DNA from: an uncultured Candidatus Saccharibacteria bacterium
GTDB taxonomy: Bacteria > Patescibacteriota > Minisyncoccia > Phycocordibacterales > CSBR16-119
Length of the DNA stretch: 64,000 nt
Reading direction: 5' to 3'
Assembly (NCBI GenBank): GCA_964589975.1
Contig: CAZPVH010000002.1
Location: forward strand, 68,217-132,216
In this document: in pieces, positions 55,601-64,000 of the stretch
How positions within the stretch are numbered: position 1 is the first letter of the stretch
Layout of the letters: every line of letters starts with the position of its first letter
The notes under the pieces: model-generated
The model's database searches: none
The model's input: only the letters and a program-made list of their open reading frames with translations
Told to the model about the DNA's origin: nothing
Position numbers and translations under genes: made by a program

Positions 55601-58600
55601 CTATCTGTTGCTCCTGTCTCGAGAGTGACGGTAACATTTCCTGTTGATGTAACTGACTCTGAGAAGGTCACGTCTATATCGATAACTTCGCCGACAGTAT
55701 ATGAGCCGTTAGCCTTATCTGATGAAACGTTTGTAATAGTTGGAGCAGTAGAGTCAGAACTTATCGAATACCCTGCCTCAGTATTACTGCCAGTACGCTC
55801 TACCAAATCCACCGCATTGATAACCAGATCTCCCGAAGACGTGATGTTAACAACGCAATCTACCTGAGTGTTAGATGTCTGAGTACAAGCAAAGCCTGAC
55901 GTTCCTGCTGTCGTACTTCCCGCAACCGTTACATCTTCCGCAATTACGGCAACATCATCGATGACCTGGATCGTTGTATTGGTTATAGTCGCTGGAGACG
56001 ACTTTGTCGGAGCATTTATTGTCACTACCGGGGCCGAAGAATCCGTTGTGATAGTTTCATCAAAAGAGACTCCCCAGTTATACAGTGGGTAACCGGAAGA
56101 ATCCGAGGATGGCGAAACTGATGCATCGCTATCGCGCATATTGCCGCCACTTTTTGAGGCATTCGTTGGATCTCCTTGATAGCTGGCATTCAAAATCTGA
56201 GCTGCATACTTCAAGCGAGGCGTCGTTCCATCTGGAGTACCAGACAAAACCGCTTTTACCACATCATCATCAACAATCGAAACAGAAGATAGGGTTGTGG
56301 TGCCGCCAGTCTGAATAAACTCGAATCCATATTTTCCGTCTGTCCTTTGAACAACATTCGTTGTATCGAAAACTACTGGCGGCACTGGGACATTTAGCCA
56401 AACATATACATTAGATCCGTTTCTAGCGACAACCTTAGGCATTAGAGGGTCCCAGTCCTCATTCTCAAAAAGCACCTGGTTCATGACCTTGGCGAACTGC
56501 TCACCAAGTCGTCTATAAGACATTGCCTGTAGGTGGCCTCCATCAACGGCATATGGATACTGATAAGTTGGTCCTATAAGATAAATATCATCATCATATG
56601 TACGATGAGCGCGAAGTTGTGCTACTGCCATCTGATGCGGGTAGGCTGAATTCTGCTGCGAGTAAAATAAAGGAATGTGATCGTTTCTACCGGTTAACGT
56701 ATTAAAATCACTCTCGTAATCTTGCTGCATCTCTGACAAATACCCCTCGTACGCAGATGGATTCCCAGAACCGTTGCCCAGGGCGGCGTCCGTTTCCCCA
56801 TGAACAAGCGTAGAGGCCAGCGGTCTATAAATACCCGCAAAAGTATTCTCGACGTATGTCTTTGATACCGAGGCCTGAGTTTGTCCGCGACCATAACTAG
56901 CCGCTGAACCAGAGCCATTCTTTTTGATAACACTATAGCCTGACCCTCCCAGAGCATGAAGTCCGATAACAAATCTTCGGCTAGGACTAACTGCGTCATC
57001 AAATGCGGCCAGAGTATTAGCAATGCCTGACGAAGGAGTTTCAAGCAAGCCCTCCGAAAGATATTCAAAAGTTTCAACAAGCGGAATTAACGGAGAATCT
57101 TTTCCTACTGGACCAGCGTTATTAGTTATGGCCGGATCTCCATATGGCATAAAATTATCATAAGGCTGCTTGTTTGAGATTGGAGGAGTACCTTTTGATC
57201 CCAAGGCCAAACTTTGGCCATTTGAAAGAATTTGATAAAAGATCTGTGCGCCAACAGTCTTTGTTACTGTGTCAGAAACAGCCCCATCACCAGAAGAGTT
57301 CACCGCACTCACCCGAAAATCATACGAGCTTGAATTTGATAGTCCTGTAACAGTTGAATGTAGAGTTGTACTGACTCCATCGGCAAAAGTTAGCCATGTG
57401 CCTGAAGAAGAAAGTTTGTACTCAATCTTGTAATCAGTAACAACAGGATCAGCAATGACTGACTGCCAATATATGTATGCTTGATTATTACCAGGGATAA
57501 CTCTGACATTTAGCGGCTTCTCGGCAACACCCGCATAGTTAGGATTCTTTACGAATAACTGAACCTGATTAACCCCAAGACCTTGCGGTCCTTGGAAGTC
57601 ATTCGGCGAGTACCCATTCGTGCCATTGTAAGCCGATAGACTTGATTGACCGATAGCAAACCACGCTGTTGAAGATATTCCGCCATCAATAAAAACCGGC
57701 CCCCCGGTGCTGTTGTTATACTCTAGACCGATAAAATCCGGACCAGATAGATAATAATCCATGAGTATCTCAGAATATCCAGTAACACCGGCATTATTAT
57801 CTGTCGTATCGTCAGCTGGATTACTTGATTGTTTCCATATGGTCGAATCTTCACTATCAAAATCCGGATACATGATCTTGAAAGTCATCTTGTCGCTATC
57901 GCCCGAGTCACGAAAATTTTCGACATGAGAAAGAACTGAGAATTTAGATTGGGTAAGCGGATTTGCTGCCGAAGCATTCGTTAGCTTAGCCTCGCTAAAC
58001 CTGGTCGCCGAAGAAAATACGGCCCCGCCAGAGGAGTCATGAACGAATAGCGGCACCCACAAGCCCCTGGCAACAGGCGTAGAAGTTACCGTAGAAGAAG
58101 CGGCAGAAGTCGTGCTGCCGTCAGTCGCAGAAACACGAAAATCATAAGACAATCCGTTTGTTAGACCCGTCACAATAGTTCCGTGATGGGTACTTGTTCC
58201 GTCTGAAAATGTTGTCCACGAAGAATCAGTCGAGAGCTTGTATTCTATGACATAATCAGTAACTGGACCCTCATCCCAGATAAGACTCACGCCATTATCT
58301 AGAGGGTACGCAGAAACATTGGTTGGTGTTGAGACTGTTCCGCCTTCTGTGAAGTAAATATTTCTTATGTCTTCTTCCGTGAGCGCTCTGGAGTACTGGC
58401 GAACATTGTCTAGATATCCCCCCATTGCAAGCGTGGAGGTACTAGAGTTGAAAGTTATCGGCTGATTATACGATCCGAAAATAACACGGTTTGAAGCAGG
58501 GGCCACAACCGTTCCAACGCGCCACAATACGCCGTTAACATAAATATACAATTTTCCTTGAGTACTATTATAAACTCTAGCTATGTGGTACCAAGTGTTA

Positions 58601-59115
58601 TTGCTAATCGTTCCAAGGGTTGTCTTTAAGATTGCCGCATTGGCCTGATTACTAGCTGTTATCACGCGACTTCCTTGTACATACATATAGGAACTATTGC
58701 CAGAAAAGCCGCTGGCGGTTCCAAAGATACTGTGATTTCCCCCCACGTCAGTAATATTTACCCACGCCGCCTGAGTAAAAGATGTTGTCGGGTTGTTTAC
58801 CGGCGTAACAAAATAATCTTGAGCTGATGCCTTTGTAAATTTTGCGACATTACCGCGAGTCCCATCAGAATAAGCAACTACCCCTGTACCCTTTGAAGCA
58901 TCGTTGTTATTTGAACTAACATCATTACCAAGGTCTGATGTATTCTCAAAATCATATTTAAAAGTAAGATTCGAAGTTATATCGGGAGCAGCCTCAGCAA
59001 TTTTAGGCGAGTCATAAAATGCGCTGCTGATAAAAGCAAGCACAAGTAAAAAAGATGTGATTTTTTTCACAATTGGCATCGCCCTATGATAACTTTTTTT
59101 AAGCACAATATCCAA
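52612..59115 (-). CDS. Giant multidomain surface protein: LamG-like, FN3, SASA/SGNH-esterase-like, tandem bacterial Ig-like domains, and two C-terminal peptidoglycan-binding domains
   Basis: 2,167 aa. Signal peptide at the N-terminus; the start may be the Met at 59079 (MPIVKKITSFLLVLAF...). An FN3-like segment (YDFRVSA) is followed by a GQSN-containing esterase-like segment (SNGQSLALG...HGETD). At least eight about 100-aa Ig-like repeats follow (SSDKANGSYTVGEVIDIDVTFSESV; APTKSSxAxITNTTIQ). Two PG_binding_1 domains close the protein (LGDRGANVVKVQKFLLSKGY..., KGDKGENVKLIQQFLSDEGY...). Confidence 0.75.
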   Translation of the reverse strand: MDIVLKKSYHRAMPIVKKITSFLLVLAFISSAFYDSPKIAEAAPDITSNLTFKYDFENTSDLGNDVSSNNNDASKGTGVVAYSDGTRGNVAKFTKASAQDYFVTPVNNPTTSFTQAAWVNITDVGGNHSIFGTASGFSGNSSYMYVQGSRVITASNQANAAILKTTLGTISNNTWYHIARVYNSTQGKLYIYVNGVLWRVGTVVAPASNRVIFGSYNQPITFNSSTSTLAMGGYLDNVRQYSRALTEEDIRNIYFTEGGTVSTPTNVSAYPLDNGVSLIWDEGPVTDYVIEYKLSTDSSWTTFSDGTSTHHGTIVTGLTNGLSYDFRVSATDGSTTSAASSTVTSTPVARGLWVPLFVHDSSGGAVFSSATRFSEAKLTNASAANPLTQSKFSVLSHVENFRDSGDSDKMTFKIMYPDFDSEDSTIWKQSSNPADDTTDNNAGVTGYSEILMDYYLSGPDFIGLEYNNSTGGPVFIDGGISSTAWFAIGQSSLSAYNGTNGYSPNDFQGPQGLGVNQVQLFVKNPNYAGVAEKPLNVRVIPGNNQAYIYWQSVIADPVVTDYKIEYKLSSSGTWLTFADGVSTTLHSTVTGLSNSSSYDFRVSAVNSSGDGAVSDTVTKTVGAQIFYQILSNGQSLALGSKGTPPISNKQPYDNFMPYGDPAITNNAGPVGKDSPLIPLVETFEYLSEGLLETPSSGIANTLAAFDDAVSPSRRFVIGLHALGGSGYSVIKKNGSGSAASYGRGQTQASVSKTYVENTFAGIYRPLASTLVHGETDAALGNGSGNPSAYEGYLSEMQQDYESDFNTLTGRNDHIPLFYSQQNSAYPHQMAVAQLRAHRTYDDDIYLIGPTYQYPYAVDGGHLQAMSYRRLGEQFAKVMNQVLFENEDWDPLMPKVVARNGSNVYVWLNVPVPPVVFDTTNVVQRTDGKYGFEFIQTGGTTTLSSVSIVDDDVVKAVLSGTPDGTTPRLKYAAQILNASYQGDPTNASKSGGNMRDSDASVSPSSDSSGYPLYNWGVSFDETITTDSSAPVVTINAPTKSSPATITNTTIQVIDDVAVIAEDVTVAGSTTAGTSGFACTQTSNTQVDCVVNITSSGDLVINAVDLVERTGSNTEAGYSISSDSTAPTITNVSSDKANGSYTVGEVIDIDVTFSESVTSTGNVTVTLETGATDRTCTFAVSASTTGTCNYTVQSGDASSDLTVNSISGTIADGAANAMSNFAPATNLASNKAIVIDTANPTVSSLSPLDNATGVSATANLVINFDAPVDAETGNITIKKTSDDSTIETIDVAGGFVSGSGTSTITINPSVTLAGETEYYILIAATAFYDTAGNSYAGIASTTSWSFTTADVTAPTVTNVSSDKSNGAYTIGEVIDIDVTFSESVTSTGSVTVTLETGATDRTCTFSVSGASSGTCNYTVQSGDTTPDLTVNSISGTIADAAGNAMVSFGPATNLASNKAIVIDTANPTVSSLSPSDNATGVSISSDLSILFDAPVDAETGNITIKKTSDDSTVETIAVGSGAITGSGTNTITINPTADLSSATEYYILIAATAFDDTAGNSYAGIASTTSWSFTTADVGAPAVAITAPTKSSNAVITNTTIQATDDAGVLVADVIVAGSTTAGTSGFSCTQTSATVVDCTINITSSGNLTINVEDSANNTGTDTEIGYVIDATAPAVDITAITKSSSASIADTTILVTDNIGVSAADVSVDGATTAGTSGFSCVQTSATQVDCSIAIDSTGNLIISAEDSLGNTGSDTETGYLIDQNPPSITINAPTKTSNGTITDTEVHIVDDEEVLVAGVSIGSGTTADTSSFVCSQTSATVVDCTLDITSSGNLEIEAEDSLSNTDSATENNYIIDTIDPAVTITPVTLTAAGSITDTTIRVIDDIGLASSGVSVAGGTTAGLSGLSCSQTSATQVDCTITITSSGALSIEAEDSVGNVGIDTQAGYVITEPVIDEPVVISSGGSSRASRSALSTNTGSPQSNPASPAAENNCQPVTITSAYVKLGDRGANVVKVQKFLLSKGYAIGVADGAFGAKTKNAVIDFQKKNGLVADGVVGKATLSKTKPIFCSGSVLGAVAEIAEVSSCQFSQAKKGDKGENVKLIQQFLSDEGYLKVVPSGIFGPATEEATKKFQSAFASEILAPAGIKSPTGWFYGNTIKKAKELCS

Positions 59116-59126
59116 TCCAAGAAATA

Positions 59127-60119
59127 CTAGATAGCCCTTGATTTCTTGTAGTTTTTCTTGTATTGGCGGCCATGCTTTTGCCGATCAGTGCGAATGAAAA
59201 AATGATTGATGGCACGAGGCATCCTGTCAAGCACTCGGCAAGTACGTGAACAATATCCATCGAGTCTCTTCATACATCCACTGCATCCGATAAAGAGTAT
59301 GTGGCAAAAAAGGTTTCGGCAGTGATGATAGTCGTCTGATTTTTCTTTGTAGCACAATTGGCAGTCAGAAATTATTTCATTACCAATTTTCTCACCCAAG
59401 CGCTCATCAAAGACGAAATTCTTTCCGCGAAATTTATTCGGCAAGCCCTTTTCTTTGACCTCGTGTGCGTAGCCGATAACTCCACCTTTAACATGCGCGA
59501 CATTCTTGAAACCCTTATGTTTCATCCACGCGCTCGCCTTCTCACACCGAATTCCTCCAGTACAGTAGAGCACGACTTCTTTGTCCTTGACATCCTTGAA
59601 AGTATCTTCGACTTTCGCCAGCTGTTCACGGAACGTGTCTACAGGCATGATTTTCGCATTTTCGAAATGTCCGATTTCTGCTTCGTAAAGATTGCGCATG
59701 TCGATAACCGTAACACCGGCGTCAATTTTTTTATTGAGCTCTTCAGCGGTTACATACTCGCCAGTGTTCGCCGGATCAAATGTTGGGTCTTCTATTCCGT
59801 CCGCGACAATTTTCTCTCGAACTTTCACAATGAGTTTAATAAAAGAAGACATGCCCTTTTCTTCGACAGCGAGTTTGTATGGGACCCCTGAAAACTCTGG
59901 AATACCCTGAATAAATTCATCAAATTTCTGGAAATTGTGTTCAGGCACATTCATCTGAGCGTTGATGCCTTCGTGAGCAACATAAATTCGTCCGAGACAT
60001 TTCATCTCTGAGAGCTTTTCGAATAGGAAATCCCGCATCGCTTTTGGGTCTGCGATTTTCACATATCGATAAAAAGACATGGTTCTACGGCGAAAATCCT
60101 CTCGGGCAAGGTCTGCCAT
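59127..60119 (-). CDS. trhO: Rhodanese-domain tRNA uridine(34) hydroxylase (YceA/UPF0176 family)
   Basis: Start reassigned to the Met at 60119 (MADLAREDF...), which is preceded by the strong SD AAGAGGAG. The ORF-track start at 60284 has none. Rhodanese active-site loop CTGGIRCEKAS and a C-terminal Cys cluster. Confidence 0.75.
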   Translation of the reverse strand: MADLAREDFRRRTMSFYRYVKIADPKAMRDFLFEKLSEMKCLGRIYVAHEGINAQMNVPEHNFQKFDEFIQGIPEFSGVPYKLAVEEKGMSSFIKLIVKVREKIVADGIEDPTFDPANTGEYVTAEELNKKIDAGVTVIDMRNLYEAEIGHFENAKIMPVDTFREQLAKVEDTFKDVKDKEVVLYCTGGIRCEKASAWMKHKGFKNVAHVKGGVIGYAHEVKEKGLPNKFRGKNFVFDERLGEKIGNEIISDCQLCYKEKSDDYHHCRNLFCHILFIGCSGCMKRLDGYCSRTCRVLDRMPRAINHFFIRTDRQKHGRQYKKNYKKSRAI

Positions 60120-60235
60120 GAGCTCCTCTTTAGACTTTAGATTTGCCAATAGATTCATAAGAAAGATATTACCAAAAATGAGAGAATTGACCAGTATCCC
60201 CCTTTCATATAAACTTTCAAAAAACCTGCTCCCAG

Positions 60236-60694
60236 ATGAACCAAATGACGATTGATAACTGGCCGATACTACATGGCTGCACACTCACTGAAGAGGTCTC
60301 CAGCGAAGGAAACATGGTAAACATCGATGTCCTGAATGGAACTAACCCGACAGAGAACTTTTTCCTTTCAAACGAAGATGTGGGTGATCACCATGCTGGC
60401 ATCGGAATGTACACAGCATTTGCTGAGGGTCGTTATCCAATTCCAAAACATTGGAGAATTCCGGGGCTTACCATCATCTTCAAAGGTGCCAAAGTTAGCA
60501 TACCTGACAAATCCGAGCGGTATGTCGCCGCCATGATGTACATCAAAGGTCTCATCCACGACAGTCGAGAACCAGACGCAGAATGGTTTTTTCGAAAAGT
60601 ACTGATTGGGCCAAGTGGTAAGCCCGTCATGCATTTCGGTAATGATGATCTTTCGGCCTATTACCGCTACTTGGTATTTAGAGCCCCAACGTGA
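60236..60694 (+). CDS. Hypothetical protein
   Basis: 152-aa ORF followed by the terminator CCCCGCCTAGCGGGG. The true start is possibly the internal Met (MVNIDVL...). No recognisable motifs. Confidence 0.35.
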   Translation: MNQMTIDNWPILHGCTLTEEVSSEGNMVNIDVLNGTNPTENFFLSNEDVGDHHAGIGMYTAFAEGRYPIPKHWRIPGLTIIFKGAKVSIPDKSERYVAAMMYIKGLIHDSREPDAEWFFRKVLIGPSGKPVMHFGNDDLSAYYRYLVFRAPT

Positions 60695-60757
60695 GAAGTC
60701 CCCGCCTAGCGGGGCTTCTTCTTTATAAAACTATGTGTTATTGTCGAAGAAAAATAC

Positions 60758-60871
60758 ATGGAAGAAAAAGAAGGAAACATCCGCAAAGCAACAACTTTCG
60801 AAGTCGTTGTCACTCTCACTGCTGGAGCTTTTGCCTTAGCCTTTGCGATACTTGCAGGAATCTTTGGATAG
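60758..60871 (+). CDS. Possible 37-aa single-TM small protein
   Basis: ATG...TAG ORF MEEKEGNIRKATTFEVVVTLTAGAFALAFAILAGIFG, bracketed by two terminator hairpins (60700-60725 and 60872-60897). Too short for the ORF track. Confidence 0.25.
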   Translation: MEEKEGNIRKATTFEVVVTLTAGAFALAFAILAGIFG

Positions 60872-60894
60872 AAGCCCCGCTTGAGGGGCTTCTT

Positions 60895-63879
60895 TTATTT
60901 CGCTTTCTTGTAAATCTCTGCCAATTTGCAATACTCGCAAACTTCTCCTACTTTCCAGGGCTTCATAAGACACGGCCTGTCTACCCACTCACCGCTCGCG
61001 AGCGCCTGATCGAAGTCGTTGATATCTTTCAATAGACTTTTTACATCATCCGTTGAAATTTCGGTTTTATATATTGCATCCTTTGAACCCCCGCCCTCGA
61101 GAAACTCGAGTCTCGATTCAGCGACGTTCGTATTCCCGTCCGTTGTTCTGTCGATGAGGTAAGTATACATCGCGAGCTGTCTGTGATAGTCGGACATTCT
61201 GCCTTCATCGGTCGCCTTCTCGATTTCGGATTTCTTCTTCAGCTTGCCAGTTTTAAAATCAGTCACGCGAACAATTCCTTCCTCAATTTTTTCTACCAAA
61301 TCAATTTTTCCATTGATGAGCAGGTGATCAAAATCTGGATCGCGATAAGAAAGAGATCTCTCGCTTTCATGATCTGGTAAAATTTCCGGAAATCTATTTT
61401 TAATCCATTCAGTAATAATTTCTTCGGCTTCCCTTTTCATCCGCGCAATATCTGTGTCAGAAAATCCACAAAGCTTTTCGGCTTTCTCACTTATGGCATC
61501 CGTTATGCTTTTCTTGTCAGTCCCGAGTTTATTCTTCAAAACTTTTTCCAGGATTCCATGAACCAAATTTCCAAACTCGAGACTCATACTCTCCGGCTCT
61601 GGAAGCTGGAGGAAATTACGGAAATACCATTTCCATGGACACTCGAAAAAATTATTTAGATGTGTGACAGAAAGTTTTCTTTTAAAATATTCGTCTTTCA
61701 CGAGGTCAGCAAGTTTACTGACGGTCACCGTGTCCACCGGAGCAACTCCTGATTTTACAAACGTCTCGAGTCCATGATCCATAATGAACTGTTCATTCTC
61801 ACCAGCCGTGACCCGCTCGAATAATTCTGGTGGGAGGTCGGCGATGATGCGTGCGATTTCAAGAGTTGCGCCGTTATATGAATTCAGAGAATACATGAGC
61901 GTACAGTGACGCTTAGCACGCGTGGTGGCGACATAGAGTTCGCGCTTCACTTCCTCTTCGCCCTTCTTATGTTCCATTTCCTTTACCCGTTCTGGCAGAG
62001 TGAAAGCGCTATTTCTCTTGCCGAGCATGTTCTTCTCATCCAAGTGACAGATATACACGCACTCGAACTCGAGGCCTTTTGAACCGTGAAGTGTCATGAC
62101 TTTTATACCATTCGACGAGTCGAATGTGGCTAGCGGAATATCCGTGTCATATTCTTCTAGTCTATCTATGAACGCCAAGAATCCGGCGAGTGTGAGCTTC
62201 GGATTGCGTTCGGTTTCTGACAATGCGAGATGTAGAAGTGTCCGGATGATTTCAATTCTTCGAGTAAGAGTTTCATGATCACCGGCAGATTTTATCAGGA
62301 TTTCTTCGCCAACTTTCTGAACCAATGCGTAGATTTCCCCGCGCGTCGCACACTCGAGAAATGTTTTCAAAAGTTTTCCAAATTCCGGAATTTGGTCGTC
62401 CTCTGGATACAACCCCAAGCCGTCTTTTATAGAAAGGAGTTTAGTAAGTGTGAGTTTACGTGCGTCTTCGGAAACGAGAAATCTATGTGCGACCAGTGGA
62501 TCAATGCCAGAAAGAGGAGAAAGCAGAAGCGGAGCAATCAATTCCGGAGCTTCAGGATTATTTAAGGCACGAATTATAGTAATGAAACTCTGCGCTTCGG
62601 GGTCAGTAAAGAGTTTCGCCGAGCCCGAATTCGCAACAGGAAGCCCGAGGTCAGATAGGACGCGTATCGCACTTCGGACTTCTCTATTCTTTGGAACCAG
62701 AACCGCACATTCGCTCGGATCCATTCCTTCGTCAATATGCTTTTTAATTTCGAGTCCTGCACGCAGAATTTCATCACGCGGAAACTCGGCTTCAATGATT
62801 CGGAGTGCGTGGGAATCCCGAGTATTCGCCAAAAGTTTCGCCTCCGCTAGGCTCGATTTCAAGAGCGCGTCAGCGGTGTCGAGAATTTTCTGTGTTGATC
62901 TGTAATTTTCTGTAAGGGTTACGAGTTTTACGTTACCAAATTTTTCCTTGAAACTTTCAAAGTACGAAAGAGAAGCTCCACCGAATCCATAAATAAGCTG
63001 ACGGTCATCTCCCACGACGAAGAGGTTTGGAGATTCAACATCACCCCAAACCCGAAAGAGAAATTCATTCTGAACACCGGATGAGTCCTGATGCTCGTCA
63101 ACAAGTACGTATAAATACTGCTCACGAATGGTATCCCGCGCATCATCCGATATCCCGACAAGCCTCACTAATTCTTCGAGTACGTCATCAAAGTCGAGGA
63201 AGCCTTTGGCTTTTTTCAAGAGCTCGTAAAGCGCGTAGAATTTCACTACTTCTTCAGTGCGTTCGAGGCCTTCGATTCGCTTCAGGGATTCTGCTTTTAG
63301 TTTACCTTTAGACTCACCACGGGTAGAGATATTTGATTCGTCTTTTTTAATATCATCAATTTCTTTTTGAATCTCGAGAGAAAAATCATCAGGCGAAAGT
63401 CTTTCGCGCTTTAGAAGCGATACGAGTGACTTTATGTCTTTGAAATACTGAGATTTATTATTTCGACTTGTGAGGTGTTCGAAATGGTTGTTCGCAAGGA
63501 TGGAATCTGCCAGAGCAACAGACTGGAGGTCATCAATTAGTGTCGGCTTCTCTACATACCCGAGCACTTCAAAATGCTCTTCTATAAGCTTAACTGCAAA
63601 TGCGTGGAATGTTGAGATCTGAATACGCGAGGCGGCACTCCCAATATACTTTCGTAAACGTTCGCGCATAGCGTAGACACCCGAGTTGGTAAAAGTAAGG
63701 CATAGTATCCCATCAGCCTGAGTGTCGGTCCTCTGTAAGATATTTGCAATTCTGAGGGCTAGAATCTGGGTCTTACCGGTACCGGGACCCGCCACGACCA
63801 TCACAGGCCCTTCTATGGCGTCTACTGCCTCTTTCTGGGCAGGGTTTAGCTTTTTATACTCGGCCTCGAAGCTATTCAT
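60895..63879 (-). CDS. UvrD/PcrA-family SF1 helicase fused to a C-terminal Cas4/AddB-like PD-(D/E)xK nuclease with an Fe-S Cys4 cluster
   Basis: 994 aa. Helicase motifs I (AGPGTGKT), II (VLVDEHQDSS), and later motifs. The C-terminal ~250 aa carry the nuclease motifs: Cys-x8 (FFECPWKWYF), DLVE and TDFKTGK catalytic motifs, and the terminal triad CLMKPW...CEYC. Confidence 0.75.
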   Translation of the reverse strand: MNSFEAEYKKLNPAQKEAVDAIEGPVMVVAGPGTGKTQILALRIANILQRTDTQADGILCLTFTNSGVYAMRERLRKYIGSAASRIQISTFHAFAVKLIEEHFEVLGYVEKPTLIDDLQSVALADSILANNHFEHLTSRNNKSQYFKDIKSLVSLLKRERLSPDDFSLEIQKEIDDIKKDESNISTRGESKGKLKAESLKRIEGLERTEEVVKFYALYELLKKAKGFLDFDDVLEELVRLVGISDDARDTIREQYLYVLVDEHQDSSGVQNEFLFRVWGDVESPNLFVVGDDRQLIYGFGGASLSYFESFKEKFGNVKLVTLTENYRSTQKILDTADALLKSSLAEAKLLANTRDSHALRIIEAEFPRDEILRAGLEIKKHIDEGMDPSECAVLVPKNREVRSAIRVLSDLGLPVANSGSAKLFTDPEAQSFITIIRALNNPEAPELIAPLLLSPLSGIDPLVAHRFLVSEDARKLTLTKLLSIKDGLGLYPEDDQIPEFGKLLKTFLECATRGEIYALVQKVGEEILIKSAGDHETLTRRIEIIRTLLHLALSETERNPKLTLAGFLAFIDRLEEYDTDIPLATFDSSNGIKVMTLHGSKGLEFECVYICHLDEKNMLGKRNSAFTLPERVKEMEHKKGEEEVKRELYVATTRAKRHCTLMYSLNSYNGATLEIARIIADLPPELFERVTAGENEQFIMDHGLETFVKSGVAPVDTVTVSKLADLVKDEYFKRKLSVTHLNNFFECPWKWYFRNFLQLPEPESMSLEFGNLVHGILEKVLKNKLGTDKKSITDAISEKAEKLCGFSDTDIARMKREAEEIITEWIKNRFPEILPDHESERSLSYRDPDFDHLLINGKIDLVEKIEEGIVRVTDFKTGKLKKKSEIEKATDEGRMSDYHRQLAMYTYLIDRTTDGNTNVAESRLEFLEGGGSKDAIYKTEISTDDVKSLLKDINDFDQALASGEWVDRPCLMKPWKVGEVCEYCKLAEIYKKAK

Positions 63880-64000
63880 GCCTAGATTCTACCATAGCTT
63901 TACAAACCACTATTTAAATTGTACTATCTGAAAAAACGAAGCCATGGATCGAACTACAAAGATAACGTTCATCGCCCAAAGCAAACACAAACACGAATAT

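Noticed and set aside
59127-60284. The 385-aa TrhO ORF starting at 60284.
   Set aside because: The extra 55 N-terminal residues have no homology to the YceA family. The internal Met at 60119 has a strong AAGAGGAG Shine-Dalgarno 7 nt upstream.
1-64000. Search for CRISPR arrays, rRNA genes, integrases or transposases, toxin-antitoxin pairs and restriction-modification genes.
   Set aside because: No short regularly spaced direct repeats and no rRNA-like conserved stretches were found. Nor were any ORFs with integrase, transposase, methyltransferase or recognisable toxin motifs. The only mobile-element-like features are the small TIR elements reported above.

Overview
The window is a gene-dense bacterial chromosome segment at roughly 50% GC. 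Most genes lie on the minus strand. The recognisable housekeeping genes are tsf, tRNA-Thr(UGU), an unusual contiguous rpoB-rpoC-dnaG-rpoD block, trmD, rpsP with a KH-domain gene, rnr, rnc followed by a short SMC-like ATPase, a nusB-NUDIX fusion, rpmF, gyrB, pheS, trhO and a UvrD-type helicase. Between them are many lineage-specific hypothetical, secreted or surface proteins, including two giant ones of 1,301 aa and 2,167 aa. The very short RNA polymerase subunits (beta 1,058 aa; beta' 1,212 aa), a sigma-70 with a lysine-rich N-terminal tail, several domain fusions and a T9SS-like C-terminal sorting tail on one secreted protein point to a reduced-genome, possibly CPR-like or uncultivated lineage; the phylum cannot be fixed from sequence alone. 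The genetic code is standard, since the long genes read through without TGA recoding. Almost every gene ends in a GC-rich hairpin plus T-tract. No CRISPR array, rRNA, integrase or reverse transcriptase was seen. I found no recognisable defence system, so the candidates for something new are ranked by how unusual they look. The first is a tandem pair of unknown 581-aa and 585-aa paralogs whose last ~180 bp, including the terminator, are 100% identical, next to a gene encoding a Clp-N-domain protein. The second is a PheS carrying a C-terminal FDX-ACB anticodon-binding domain, the mitochondrial monomeric PheRS layout, with no pheT nearby. The third is a conserved inverted-repeat module (TCCCGTTAGAGAT ... 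ATCTCTAACGGG, arms about 100-105 bp apart) sitting in the same orientation directly upstream of rpoD, gyrB and a membrane-protein gene. The fourth is a 115-bp MITE-like element with 19-bp terminal inverted repeats and a 7-bp target-site duplication between rnc and the SMC-like gene. The fifth is a PBP5-like S11 carboxypeptidase / CapA / VanY-like M15 triple fusion. The sixth is a stop-codon-rich 35-nt motif shared by two unrelated 3' ends. The seventh is a block of four hypothetical genes with alternating duplicated terminators.
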